A stretch of 56,278 nucleotides of DNA, from positions 1 through 56,278 of the forward strand of contig JAOUHN010000003.1 of the NCBI GenBank assembly GCA_029865125.1, given 5' to 3'. This DNA comes from Candidatus Moraniibacteriota bacterium. GTDB lineage: Bacteria; Patescibacteriota; Minisyncoccia; Moranbacterales; UBA9337. The number at the start of each line of letters is the position of its first letter. Position 1 is the first letter of the stretch. A model generated the notes under the pieces. That model did not search any database, was not told the DNA's origin, and was given only the letters and a program-made list of their open reading frames with translations. Made by a program: the position numbers and the translations under genes. Positions 24,873 to 34,369 of this stretch are shown here, in pieces.

Positions 24873-24950
24873 TTTACATTTCTGTGTTTTTGTGCAAAAA
24901 TTTTTTTGCAACGTCAATATTATCAAACATCGTTTTTTAAGGAGGAGAGG

Positions 24951-25400
24951 ATGGATGGAACAATTGTTGTTTTTGCACTGAGCGTCGCGGGGCTTCTTTG
25001 TTGGTACTTGATTAATGTATGTCGCGAAAGAAATCGCGAACTGGCGGAAGAGGTGACTCAGCGTTGGGGCGGGAGAAGAGTGGAGAGATTTAAGATCTTG
25101 TATAGCAGAGATCACATCCGGGATGTTGGTTTTGTCTCAAGCATGATGACCAATCATACTCCAACAGAATGCTTTGGAATTGTTGCTGGCATTGAGTTGG
25201 AGGGGGATGATGGAAAGTTAGTAACAATAGATTATCTTCTCGCTCATATTGAAGATAATCGAAAAGATTGCTCTAAAGCTGGACACGCTCTTAAAATTAC
25301 CGAGGTAATAGGAGGCAAGGCAAGAGTGCGCTGGGAATTGAATGATGATTGTAAGGTTGCAATTACAGCAAGAAGGGAAGCTGGTGAGCCTTTGAGGTAA
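24951..25400 (+). CDS. hypothetical protein with an N-terminal TM helix (149 aa)
   Basis: ATG 24951 follows GGAGGAGAGG directly. The ORF-track start 24906 is in the same frame. The first 60 nt are about 47 percent GC by hand count, against about 33 percent for the first 60 nt of lysS. Confidence 0.65.
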   Translation: MDGTIVVFALSVAGLLCWYLINVCRERNRELAEEVTQRWGGRRVERFKILYSRDHIRDVGFVSSMMTNHTPTECFGIVAGIELEGDDGKLVTIDYLLAHIEDNRKDCSKAGHALKITEVIGGKARVRWELNDDCKVAITARREAGEPLR

Positions 25401-25478
25401 CTAAACTGAGATATCTCAGAATAGTAGTGTTCTGAGAGGTGTGGCTGCCCCCATTCTTGATGTAGTGGATGAGTCTAG

Positions 25479-25522
25479 GCGTAAGTCGGGTTTATAATGA
25501 CCCGACTTACGCTTCTTTTTTA
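25479..25522 (+). terminator. intrinsic terminator
   Basis: gcgtaagtcggg ... cccgacttacgc, then ttctttttt. Confidence 0.8.
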
Positions 25523-25588
25523 TTTTGACCTTCAAACCTTTTTGAGTTACACTTTAAATTGACATAAATAGATAGATTTTTACGTTGT

Positions 25589-25775
25589 GTCATTCCGGAA
25601 AGTATAATTTCTTGGACAAGGTACGAGTCCTTAGGAATTAACTTATCCGGAATCCATTCTTAACTGATTACAGTAAAATAAATAAAATCTGTAGTTATAT
25701 TAAGTGTAGATTCCGGATAAATTATTTTTCTAAATTTCGTTCCTCAATTTGAAAAATATATTTTCCGGAATGACA
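25589..25775 (+). repeat. family B element, full length (187 bp)
   Basis: tgtcattccggaaa ... ttatccggaatcc ... gattccggataa ... tttccggaatgaca, a nested inverted-repeat architecture. Confidence 0.85.
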
Positions 25776-25794
25776 TTATATGTAGTATAAAAAA

Positions 25795-26820
25795 ATGCTT
25801 GAACAGAAAATATTAAACATCAAAAGCGAGTTTCTCGGAGAAATCGAAAATGTTTCTGATTTGGATGTACTAAACGACATTCGAGTGAAATATTTGGGAA
25901 GAAAAAGTGAGTTAGGTGAGGCTCTGAAGGGTCTCAAGGATTTGAGTGTGGATGAGAAAAAAAAGATCGGTCCTCTTGCAAATGAGGTGAAAAATGAAAT
26001 AGCTTCAAAGATTGACGCATTGGAAAAAAACATCAAATCGCAAGCTAGTCTTTTGAAAGACAGAATTGACGTGACTATCCCAGGAAAAAAGAAAGAGGTG
26101 GGACATTTGCATCTCATTACTCAAATTCAAAGTGAGTTGATTGATATTTTCTCTTCAATGGGGTTTGACGTGACTGACGGTGTTGAGATTGAAACAGAAG
26201 AGTATAATTTTGATAAGCTAAATATTCCAGAGAATCATCCAGCTAGAGATGCTTGGGATACTTTTTGGATCAAAGGGAAAGATGGAGAAAGGAAAGCTCT
26301 GAGGCCGCACACATCTCCAATGCAGATTCATTATATGGAGAGTCACAAACCTCCTTTCAGGGTGATTGCCCCGGGGAAGTGTTTTCGGAATGAAGCAACA
26401 GATGCTTCCCATGACCATACTTTCTATCAATTCGAAGCTTTAGTTGTGGGAGATGATGTCAATGTTGGTCATTTCAAAAATATTGCACAACAATTTTTTT
26501 CAATGTTCTTCAAAAAAGATGTTGACGTGAGAATTCGTCCGAGTTTCTTCCCGTTCACAGAACCTAGTTTTGAGTTCGACATTAGTTGCACAGTTTGTGA
26601 TGGAAAGGGTTGTTCAACTTGTGGAAGAACCGGATGGATTGAAATTGGTGGAGCTGGGATGGTGAATCAGGCTGTTTTTGAGGCGGCGGGATATGAGAAA
26701 GGAAGATATCAAGGATTTGCTTGGGGATTTGGAATTGAGAGAATTGCCATGATGAGACACAAGATTGATGACATCAGATTGTTTCACGGTGGAGACTTGA
26801 GGTTCATCAAACAATTTTGA
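25795..26820 (+). CDS. pheS: phenylalanyl-tRNA synthetase alpha subunit
   Basis: Class II motifs (HPARD, FRNE, GFAWGFGIERIAM). Confidence 0.93.
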   Translation: MLEQKILNIKSEFLGEIENVSDLDVLNDIRVKYLGRKSELGEALKGLKDLSVDEKKKIGPLANEVKNEIASKIDALEKNIKSQASLLKDRIDVTIPGKKKEVGHLHLITQIQSELIDIFSSMGFDVTDGVEIETEEYNFDKLNIPENHPARDAWDTFWIKGKDGERKALRPHTSPMQIHYMESHKPPFRVIAPGKCFRNEATDASHDHTFYQFEALVVGDDVNVGHFKNIAQQFFSMFFKKDVDVRIRPSFFPFTEPSFEFDISCTVCDGKGCSTCGRTGWIEIGGAGMVNQAVFEAAGYEKGRYQGFAWGFGIERIAMMRHKIDDIRLFHGGDLRFIKQF

Positions 26821-26837
26821 GTTATAGTATATAACAT

Positions 26838-26923
26838 GTCATTCTGAACTTGATTCAGAATCCCAGAATATTATTGAAACATGTGCTGAAACAAGGGGAT
26901 CCTGAAACAAGTTCAGGATGACA
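26838..26923 (+). repeat. family A element between pheS and pheT
   Basis: gtcattctgaacttgattcagaatccc ... ggggatcctgaaacaagttcaggatgaca. Confidence 0.88.
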
Positions 26924-26958
26924 GCGTAATTGAATTTTAAATTGAAAAATAAAAGAAT

Positions 26959-29361
26959 ATGAAATATTTATATAGCTGGATAAAAGAATTATCAAATACA
27001 AATCTGTCCCCACAAGAATTGGCTCAAAAAATGACAAAGCATGCCTTTGAGGTAGAGGAGGTGAAAAAAATTGGAGGAAAACTGGAGGGTGTTGTTGTTG
27101 GACATGTGTTGGAAGTTGCGAGTCATCCAGATGCGAACAGATTGAGAGTTGCTCGTGTAGATGTGGGAACAGAAAAGCTTCAAATTGTTTGTGGCGCTCC
27201 AAATCTTTCAAAAGGTCAAAAAGTTCCTGTAGCGTTGATCGGAACAGTTTTGCCAGGAGATTTTAAAATCAAAAAATCAAAAATCAGAGGAATTGAATCT
27301 TGTGGAATGATTTGCGCCGAAGACGAACTTGGTCTTGGAAGTGATCACGAAGGAATCATGGTTTTGAATGAAAACGCTCAAATAGGAAAGAATCTTTCAG
27401 ACGAACTTGATTTGAAAGAAGACTACATTATTGATCTGGACATTCTTTCAAACAGAGGACATGACATGATGGGACATGTAGGATTAGTGAGAGAAATTAG
27501 TGCCGTAGAAGGAAGGGAGATGGATTATGATTATGAGAGTTTGAATTTAGCAGAAATGAAAGCTGAATTTGAAGATCGAGATAGAATTTCTGTTAAAATT
27601 GAAAATGAAAAATTATGTCCAAGATACACTGGGATTTTGATTGAGGGTATAAAGGTTACAGAATCCCCAGATTGGCTTAAAAAGAGACTGAAAGTGCTTG
27701 GAGAAAATTCAATCAATAATATTGTGGACGCGACAAACTATGTGATGATTGAGCTCGGTCAGCCTATGCATGCTTTTGATGCTGACAAAATAGGAAATAA
27801 GGACGGAATTGAGATTCATGTAAGAAATGCAAGAAAAAAAGAAAAAATAATTTTACTGGACGGAACGGACAGGGAGCTTGCCTCAGATGATCTTGTTATT
27901 GCAAATGAAAATGAAGTTTTGGCTTTGGCTGGAGTGATGGGAGGAGAAAATAGTAGAATTTCAGAAAATACAAAAAATATTCTCTTGGAATCAGCTAACC
28001 TTAATTCTATATCAGTTCGAAAATCAAGAATGAGACATGGACTCAAAACACAATCATCAGACAGATTTGAAAAAGAACTGGATCCAAATTTGGTTGAAAA
28101 AGCTGCAAGGAAAGCTGTTGATTTGATCAAAGAAATTGCTGGGGGACAAGAAGTTGATTTGCTAGATGTTTATCCAAATCATGTTGAAGAATGGAAAATT
28201 GATTTGAACTTGGATTATGTGGACAGGCTCTTGGGTTGTGAAGTTGAAGAGAAAAAGGTGAGAAAAATTTTGGAATCCCTCAAAATGAAAGTGGAGGATC
28301 AGGGAGAAAGAGTTTTTGAGGTGACAATTCCAACTTTTCGAATTGATCTTCAAAATCAAGAAGATTTGATTGAAGAAATCGGAAGGATCTATGGATATGA
28401 TCATGTGGAACCTCAAGAAATGCTCGGAGTAGTGAGGACAGCCAGCATTGATTCGAATGTTTCTTTTGAAATGAGTCTCAAAAAGTTCATGGTTGGTTTT
28501 GGTTTTTCTGAAACCTATGCATATTCATTTTATAGCAAAAAAGATGCTGAGATTATGAGAATTGATGAAGCAAAACATTTTGAACTTGAGCATCCAATGA
28601 ATCCAAGCCAGGAGCTCATGCGACTTAGTTTGATTCCTGGAATGCTCAATTTTGTGCGAGAAAATTTGAAGAATTTTTCAGAAATAAGATTATTTGAAAT
28701 TGGAAGGGAATATTATCGAGACGGAGACTCTGCCGTGGAAGAAAAAAGAAAGCTTGTTGGTGCGGTGGTTTTGGAAGCTGACAAAAAAGCGGAAACTTTT
28801 TTTGAGGCGAAAGGTTTTGTGAGTGAATTGATTTCAAAAATGGGAATTTACGATTTCTATTTTCAAGAAGCTGATGGTAGTGATTCAAATTCTCCATGGC
28901 ATCCAAGCAGATCCGCAGTCATTCATGTTGGGGAGAGTGGGGAGACAATCGGAAGAGTAGGCGAGATTGATTTGATGGTGCTGGAGGAATACTCAATCAA
29001 AAAAAGAGTGGCCATGCTTGAAATTGACACTGAGAAATTGAAGGAGTTGTCACAAGGAGAAAGAGAGTTTGAGCCGATCAGAAAATATCCCGATGTCACA
29101 AGAGACATTTCGATGTTGTGCGGAAGTGATGTGAGAGTGGACGACATTTTGAGTAGCATTCAAGGAGTGGGAGGCGAATTGATTTTGGATGTTGATTTGT
29201 TTGACATATTTGAAATTGAAGGAGAAAACAAGAATAGTTTTGCTTTCAGAATTATTTTTGGTTCAAAAGAAAGAACACTTGAGCGAAAAGAAGTGGACAC
29301 AATCATGGAGGGTATCATGAATGAGCTCGAGACTAATCTCGGAGTTGAAGTGAGGAAGTGA
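26959..29361 (+). CDS. pheT: phenylalanyl-tRNA synthetase beta subunit
   Basis: 800 aa with tRNA-binding, B3/4, B5 and FDX-ACB domain order. The N-terminus is MKYLYSWIKE. Confidence 0.92.
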   Translation: MKYLYSWIKELSNTNLSPQELAQKMTKHAFEVEEVKKIGGKLEGVVVGHVLEVASHPDANRLRVARVDVGTEKLQIVCGAPNLSKGQKVPVALIGTVLPGDFKIKKSKIRGIESCGMICAEDELGLGSDHEGIMVLNENAQIGKNLSDELDLKEDYIIDLDILSNRGHDMMGHVGLVREISAVEGREMDYDYESLNLAEMKAEFEDRDRISVKIENEKLCPRYTGILIEGIKVTESPDWLKKRLKVLGENSINNIVDATNYVMIELGQPMHAFDADKIGNKDGIEIHVRNARKKEKIILLDGTDRELASDDLVIANENEVLALAGVMGGENSRISENTKNILLESANLNSISVRKSRMRHGLKTQSSDRFEKELDPNLVEKAARKAVDLIKEIAGGQEVDLLDVYPNHVEEWKIDLNLDYVDRLLGCEVEEKKVRKILESLKMKVEDQGERVFEVTIPTFRIDLQNQEDLIEEIGRIYGYDHVEPQEMLGVVRTASIDSNVSFEMSLKKFMVGFGFSETYAYSFYSKKDAEIMRIDEAKHFELEHPMNPSQELMRLSLIPGMLNFVRENLKNFSEIRLFEIGREYYRDGDSAVEEKRKLVGAVVLEADKKAETFFEAKGFVSELISKMGIYDFYFQEADGSDSNSPWHPSRSAVIHVGESGETIGRVGEIDLMVLEEYSIKKRVAMLEIDTEKLKELSQGEREFEPIRKYPDVTRDISMLCGSDVRVDDILSSIQGVGGELILDVDLFDIFEIEGENKNSFAFRIIFGSKERTLERKEVDTIMEGIMNELETNLGVEVRK

Positions 29362-29392
29362 GTGAGAGATTTGAGAGTTGAGAAAGAGATTA
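29351..29392 (+). repeat. TGAGAGN short-period array that includes the pheT stop codon
   Basis: tgaggaag tgag tgagagatt tgagagt tgagaaa gagatta. Confidence 0.7.
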
Positions 29393-29410
29393 AAGAAAAT
29401 GAAAAAAAAG

Positions 29411-29452
29411 AAAACCGCGCAATCGTTCTCGGAACGATCGGCGGTTTTTTTT
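29411..29452. terminator. bidirectional terminator shared by pheT (+) and ORF 29452..30420 (-)
   Basis: aaaaccgc gcaatcgttc tcg gaacgatcg gcggtttttttt. Confidence 0.75.
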
Positions 29453-30420
29453 CAAGAAGGGTATTCAATTTCAATAACCTCCTGAGTTGCATTGTTAAGA
29501 AAGAAGATAACTCGATTTTCAATGAAAAGTCGAACATCTAATTTTTGTTCCTTAATTTTTTCATTGAGTTTAGATTCAAGAGCTTCTTCTTGAGGTGTTT
29601 TTGCGTGTCCTGCGAAAATAGATTCAACTAAGCCTAGAAGTATGAGCTCGAGGTCTTTTTTTGTAGACTCCTTTGGCTTCTGTGCTGAGAGTTTTCTTGA
29701 ATTTACAGAAACTGGCTTAATTAGAACTTTTTTCTTTTTTTTAGGGGATTTCTTTTTTGAAGCGATAATGCTTCCATTGCCTCCCTTGATGAATTTTTGT
29801 TCTTTTGGTGTATTTTGCTTGGTGGATTCAGAAACACATTCGAGATAAAAATTAGTAACATCACCAATAGCTAAGGGCACCTTTAAAGGATCTGTTGTGG
29901 TATTCTTAAGATAAGTTCTGCTATCTTGAGAATTAAGGTTGGGTGGAAGAAAATCAGGATACGTAGCCTTTCGAAGAGCGCCTGTGAGCGGGGCATTATT
30001 GTGTAAGTTTTTGGACCTAGGTAATAGTTCAGTGTTTGAAACTTTCCTAGGAGTGTCAGTATCTTTGTTGTGCTCATCTAAAAGTTTTAAAAGAGCATCG
30101 AGCGTAGAATTTATTTTTTTGATATTAGTCATTTGATAAGGCCCTCGTGTGATTTGTGGATCATATCCATTTATAGGCGAAGAGATATTGATTTGAGTAT
30201 GAGCTTTCGTGAAACTTCTAAGATTAAATTCATCGAAATACAGATTTAGATCAAGAGCACCACCTCTTCCTATTTGAAGATTGATAAAGCTCCGATCTTT
30301 TTTGGGATCCAATGCTCTTCTATGCAATAATTTCAAAATGATCGCTGCTCTATTTTCAATAGTAGTTTCTTGTGCTAAATGTAAAAATAGTTCAATTATT
30401 TTAAAGATATTTGTACTCAT
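29452..30420 (-). CDS. orphan hypothetical protein (322 aa) with a Lys-rich, low-complexity centre
   Basis: An uninterrupted minus-strand ORF with GGAGG 9 nt upstream of its ATG. KKKSPKKKKKVLIKP sits mid-protein. No family recognised. Confidence 0.65.
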   Translation of the reverse strand: MSTNIFKIIELFLHLAQETTIENRAAIILKLLHRRALDPKKDRSFINLQIGRGGALDLNLYFDEFNLRSFTKAHTQINISSPINGYDPQITRGPYQMTNIKKINSTLDALLKLLDEHNKDTDTPRKVSNTELLPRSKNLHNNAPLTGALRKATYPDFLPPNLNSQDSRTYLKNTTTDPLKVPLAIGDVTNFYLECVSESTKQNTPKEQKFIKGGNGSIIASKKKSPKKKKKVLIKPVSVNSRKLSAQKPKESTKKDLELILLGLVESIFAGHAKTPQEEALESKLNEKIKEQKLDVRLFIENRVIFFLNNATQEVIEIEYPS

Positions 30421-30510
30421 AGCCTAAAACCTCCAGAATTGGGGTTGAAAGTCCTGTTTTGTTAACGAACACATCTATTTAGTTATAGCGTTGTTGATGT
30501 CCAGTGTCAA

Positions 30511-30539
30511 TTGACAAAATGGCTCAAATATGCTAAGAT
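30511..30539 (+). promoter_or_regulatory. promoter for rnpB (TTGACA-17-TAAGAT)
   Basis: Hexamers at 30511-30516 and 30534-30539. Confidence 0.55.
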
Positions 30540-30569
30540 TGACTGTAAATGAGGAATATACAGTTATTT

Positions 30570-30984
30570 AAAATTTAACAATTATTAAGATAAATCGAGC
30601 AATCGCCGTGTCCCTTTGGGGCAGGGAGGAAAGTCCGGACACTCATCGCCCTTGAGGCGAAAAGATAGTGGGTAACACCCATCTAAGTTATTTCATTTTT
30701 GTGATATAATAAAGAGGTGCGAGCAGAGACGATTTCACTTGCGAAAGTGAAATCATCCCGACTTGTCGGGATGAGCCCCAACAGTAATGCTGGGGGTGAA
30801 ACGGCAAAATCCTTATTTGAGTGCAAGGTCGTGTTCATTTTTCATTGATTTATCGATGAAAAGTGAGAGTGCCGCTTATGATCATATTGGCAACAATATG
30901 GCTAGATAAATGGTTGCAAATCAGCTTTCGAGCTGATGAAACAGAATCCGGCTTACAGATTTATCTTAATAATTGTTAAATTTT
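30570..30984 (+). ncRNA. rnpB: RNase P RNA (bacterial type A), including an unusually long terminal P1 pairing
   Basis: P4 strands ggaggaaagtccgga (5') and acagaatccggcttac (3'). Matches to gcaagg, ctagataaatg and gggtaacaccc segments of the type A consensus. 30570-30596 is perfectly complementary to 30958-30984. The mature ends are probably internal to this. Confidence 0.88.
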
Positions 30985-31040
30985 CTTTTTTTAGGTATTA
31001 TAGAAGTCAGAGAGGACGCATATATTCTTTTCTAAAAAAT

Positions 31041-32471
31041 ATGAAGAAATCAGAATTGTTTTTTAGTGCAGTTCAAGTCCCAGTAGATTTTTTGATGATT
31101 CTTGGGGCTTCCGCAACTGCTTTTTGGATTCGTGAGTCTGAGTGGGCAATGACTACTTTTGAGCTCGGGTCTTTAGCGAACGTTTTTTCTTTTAGTGATT
31201 TTTTTAGGGTGGCACTCACAGTGGCTCCTATTTTTGTGTTGATATTTGCGATTGAGGGATTGTATGACATTCGAGCTACTCGAAAATTCTGGAGAGAATT
31301 TTTGAAAGTTTTTACAGCCACTTCAATTGGACTTATGCTCATTATCATGCTGATATTTTTGAAACGAGAATGGTTTTCTTCTCGTTTCATTATTCTTTTG
31401 GCTTGGCTTTTGATGACATTCTATGTCTCATTTGCACGTTTGGCGCTCAACTATATTCAAAAATGGCTTGTGGTGAAGAAAGGGATTGGAGTTCACAGGG
31501 TTCTTCTGATTGGAAGAAATGGAAAGTTGTGTCTTTTTTCAAATATGATTCGAAGGCGACCAAGATTGGGATATAAAATTATTGATGAAATCGAAACTGC
31601 AAGGCTCAATGTTGTCAAAAAAATTGAGAAAGAAAAAGGAATTGACGAAATTATTGTTTGTGACTCTTCAATCCCAGATGAAGATTTGGAAAAATTGATT
31701 GATTATTGTGCAATCAATAACATTACATATCGTTTTGTTCCAACAGCTCTTCAAACGATTAAATTTGAAATGCGCTCCATCAATGGAGAGCCTATTTTGG
31801 AAGTAATGCACACTCCACTTGAGGGATGGGGAAAAATTTTGAAAAGAATTTTTGATATTGCTGGTGCTCTGATTGCTATTATCCTAACCTTGCCAATTTT
31901 GGTGGTTGTTGCGATTTTGATTAAACTTGAAGACAAAGAAGGACCAGTGATATATAAGAACAAAAGAGTGGGGTCACGTGGAAAAGAAATTTTTGTGTAT
32001 AAGCTTAGATATTTCAAATGGGAATATTGCATTGATAAGAAAAATCCTAATTTTGAGAAGGCACTTGAATTTGAAAAGAAGTTAATTGAAGAGAGAAGTG
32101 TGAGGAAAGGACCCTTATATAAAATTAAAGATGATCCAAGAAAAACGAAAATTGGAACTTTCATTGAAAAATATTCCATTGATGAGTTTCCTCAATTTTT
32201 CAATGTTCTCAAAGGAGATATGAGTCTTGTCGGTCCAAGACCTCATCAGAAAAGAGAAGTTGAGAAATATTTGGAATATCACAGGAGGCTTCTCACAATC
32301 AAGCCAGGAGCAACGGGACTTGCTCAAGTGTCAGGAAGATCTGATTTGAATTTTGAAGATGAGTATAAACTCGATTTGTATTACATTGAAAATTGGTCGT
32401 TGCTTTTAGACATTCAAATTATACTAAAAACAATAGGAGTTTTGGTGAAAAGAAGAAACAATAATTCATAA
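31041..32471 (+). CDS. polyprenyl glycosylphosphotransferase (WbaP/bacterial sugar transferase family)
   Basis: An N-terminal TM bundle and a C-terminal KRIFDI ... DEFPQFFNVLKGDMSLVGPRP motif. The ORF-track start 30936 overlaps rnpB, so ATG 31041 is preferred. Confidence 0.85.
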   Translation: MKKSELFFSAVQVPVDFLMILGASATAFWIRESEWAMTTFELGSLANVFSFSDFFRVALTVAPIFVLIFAIEGLYDIRATRKFWREFLKVFTATSIGLMLIIMLIFLKREWFSSRFIILLAWLLMTFYVSFARLALNYIQKWLVVKKGIGVHRVLLIGRNGKLCLFSNMIRRRPRLGYKIIDEIETARLNVVKKIEKEKGIDEIIVCDSSIPDEDLEKLIDYCAINNITYRFVPTALQTIKFEMRSINGEPILEVMHTPLEGWGKILKRIFDIAGALIAIILTLPILVVVAILIKLEDKEGPVIYKNKRVGSRGKEIFVYKLRYFKWEYCIDKKNPNFEKALEFEKKLIEERSVRKGPLYKIKDDPRKTKIGTFIEKYSIDEFPQFFNVLKGDMSLVGPRPHQKREVEKYLEYHRRLLTIKPGATGLAQVSGRSDLNFEDEYKLDLYYIENWSLLLDIQIILKTIGVLVKRRNNNS

Positions 32472-32482
32472 TATAGTCTGCA

Positions 32483-33601
32483 GTGAAAATAGCATTAGTT
32501 CATGATTATCTAGTTCAATATGGTGGTGCAGAGAGAGTGCTGGAGTGTTTCTCAGAGATTTTCCCACATGCTCACATCTATACAATTGTGCATGACAGAA
32601 AACTCATGCATGGTGCTTTTGATGATCGAAAAATTCACACATCATTTCTTCAAAAATTTCCTCTTACAAAGAAGAGACATAGAATTTTTCCTCTATTCAT
32701 GCCAATTGCGGTGGAGCAATTTGATTTTTCAAAATATGACATTGTTCTTTCTGACTCCTCGAGTTATGCAAAAGGAATCGTGACGGGACCGGAAACATTA
32801 CACATTTGCTATATGCACACTCCAATGCGTTATGCTTGGGATGATTGCCAAAAATACACGAGGGATTTCAGTTTTCCAGGAGTGGTCAAAAAGCTAGTTC
32901 CATTTTTTGTGAACTATCTCAGAATTTGGGATCGCGTGAGTGTGGACAGAGTGGATAAGATTATTGCCAATTCTAATTTTGTTGCCAGAAGGATTCAAAA
33001 GTATTATCGAAGAGATTCTATCGTCATTAATCCTCCTGTTGAAATCGATCGATTTTATGTTGAAAATAGGAAACCTCAAATGAAAGATTATTTTTTGATG
33101 GTGGGACGTCTCATTGCGTATAAGAGAAATGACATTGCAATTGAAGCGTTCAATGAGATGGGGATTCCATTGAAAATTATTGGACGAGGACCTGAGATGA
33201 ACAGACTCAAGAAAATGGCCAATTCAAACATTGAGTTTCTAGGAAGAGTCGAGGATAAGGAGTTGACGAAATATTATGCTGAGTGCAAGGCCTTTGTTTT
33301 CCCGCAAGAAGAAGATTTTGGGATTGTGGCGATTGAGGCAATGGCGTCAGGAAGGCCACTCATTGCATTTAGGGGTGGTGATATTGTGGAGCACATGGAA
33401 GAAGGGAAAACCGGTGAATTTTTTTCAGAACAAACAAAAGAGGGTATTATGAGAACCGTGAGGGGATTTGACGCCGGGAAATATGACAGCAACTACATTA
33501 GAGAAAAGGCTTTGAAGTTCGACAGAAATATTTTTAAAAAGAAAATAAAAGAGTATGTAGAAGCTGAATTGAAAAAACATAAGTCTTTACAATCGAGATA
33601 A
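32483..33601 (+). CDS. glycosyltransferase family 4 (GT-B fold)
   Basis: GTG start. MKIALVHDYLVQYGGAERV N-terminus and an EDFGIVAIEAMASGRP motif. Confidence 0.85.
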   Translation: MKIALVHDYLVQYGGAERVLECFSEIFPHAHIYTIVHDRKLMHGAFDDRKIHTSFLQKFPLTKKRHRIFPLFMPIAVEQFDFSKYDIVLSDSSSYAKGIVTGPETLHICYMHTPMRYAWDDCQKYTRDFSFPGVVKKLVPFFVNYLRIWDRVSVDRVDKIIANSNFVARRIQKYYRRDSIVINPPVEIDRFYVENRKPQMKDYFLMVGRLIAYKRNDIAIEAFNEMGIPLKIIGRGPEMNRLKKMANSNIEFLGRVEDKELTKYYAECKAFVFPQEEDFGIVAIEAMASGRPLIAFRGGDIVEHMEEGKTGEFFSEQTKEGIMRTVRGFDAGKYDSNYIREKALKFDRNIFKKKIKEYVEAELKKHKSLQSR

Positions 33602-33651
33602 AATTGGCTAGATTAAGAAAGAGCAGCAAAGTGACAAATTTTATTTAAGTT

Positions 33652-33734
33652 GTCATCCTGAACTTGTTTCAGGATCCCTGAATATTAGCATGCGCCGGAT
33701 TAGCTTGAGATGCTGAAACAAGTTCAGCATGACA
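33652..33734 (+). repeat. family A element (variant arms, C:G on the left and G:C on the right)
   Basis: gtcatcctgaacttgtttcaggatccc ... gagatgctgaaacaagttcagcatgaca. Confidence 0.85.
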
Positions 33735-33757
33735 CAAACACGTAACACAAAAAAGAT

Positions 33758-34354
33758 ATGGAACTCAAAGAATACATACAAATTTTCAAAAAAAATATCA
33801 AGATATTTATAGGGACGATTTTAGTCACACTTCTTTTGGGTGTGAATTTTTATTTTTTACTTCCTGATAACTACAAAACCTATTTGAATGTTGATGTGAC
33901 TCGAGCAGGCAAGAGGAGTGGCTCAGTGTACAGAGATGACAATGATGAGTTCTATCGTCTTCAGGCTGATGAGAGATTTGCTGATACGATTGTGAAGTGG
34001 TTGGATTCAGGAAGGTTCAAAAATGACATATCCAGCAATTCTGGAGTTAAAGGTGATTTGAAAATAGAATCCAAAAGACTTTCTTCGCAACTAATTGAAG
34101 TGACCTATGTCACAAATTCAATGGATGAATCTCAAAAAATTGCAGACTCCATTGTGGACATTGTGAATCAAAAAACAGAGAGGCTCAATGAAGATCAAAA
34201 AATTTCAAATTGGTTCAAGATAGTTTCTGATGAGCCATATATTGCCAAAAACAAAATTAATTTCTATAAAATGCTTGCTATTTCACTTAGTCTCGGAGTC
34301 TTTCTTGGGTTTTGGGTAGTATTTGTTTTTCATTATTTCAGGAAAAACAAATAG
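33758..34354 (+). CDS. Wzz-like polysaccharide chain-length determinant (short form)
   Basis: 198 aa with TM helices at both ends and a typical N-terminal pattern (LKEYIQIFKKNIK ... PDNYKT). Confidence 0.6.
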   Translation: MELKEYIQIFKKNIKIFIGTILVTLLLGVNFYFLLPDNYKTYLNVDVTRAGKRSGSVYRDDNDEFYRLQADERFADTIVKWLDSGRFKNDISSNSGVKGDLKIESKRLSSQLIEVTYVTNSMDESQKIADSIVDIVNQKTERLNEDQKISNWFKIVSDEPYIAKNKINFYKMLAISLSLGVFLGFWVVFVFHYFRKNK

Positions 34355-34369
34355 CATTAATGCAAGTGG

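Noticed and set aside
30936-31040. N-terminal 35 codons of the sugar-transferase ORF as given in the ORF track.
   Set aside because: This stretch overlaps the 3' strand of rnpB (P4 and P1). ATG 31041 gives a normal MKKSELFF N-terminus followed by TM helices.
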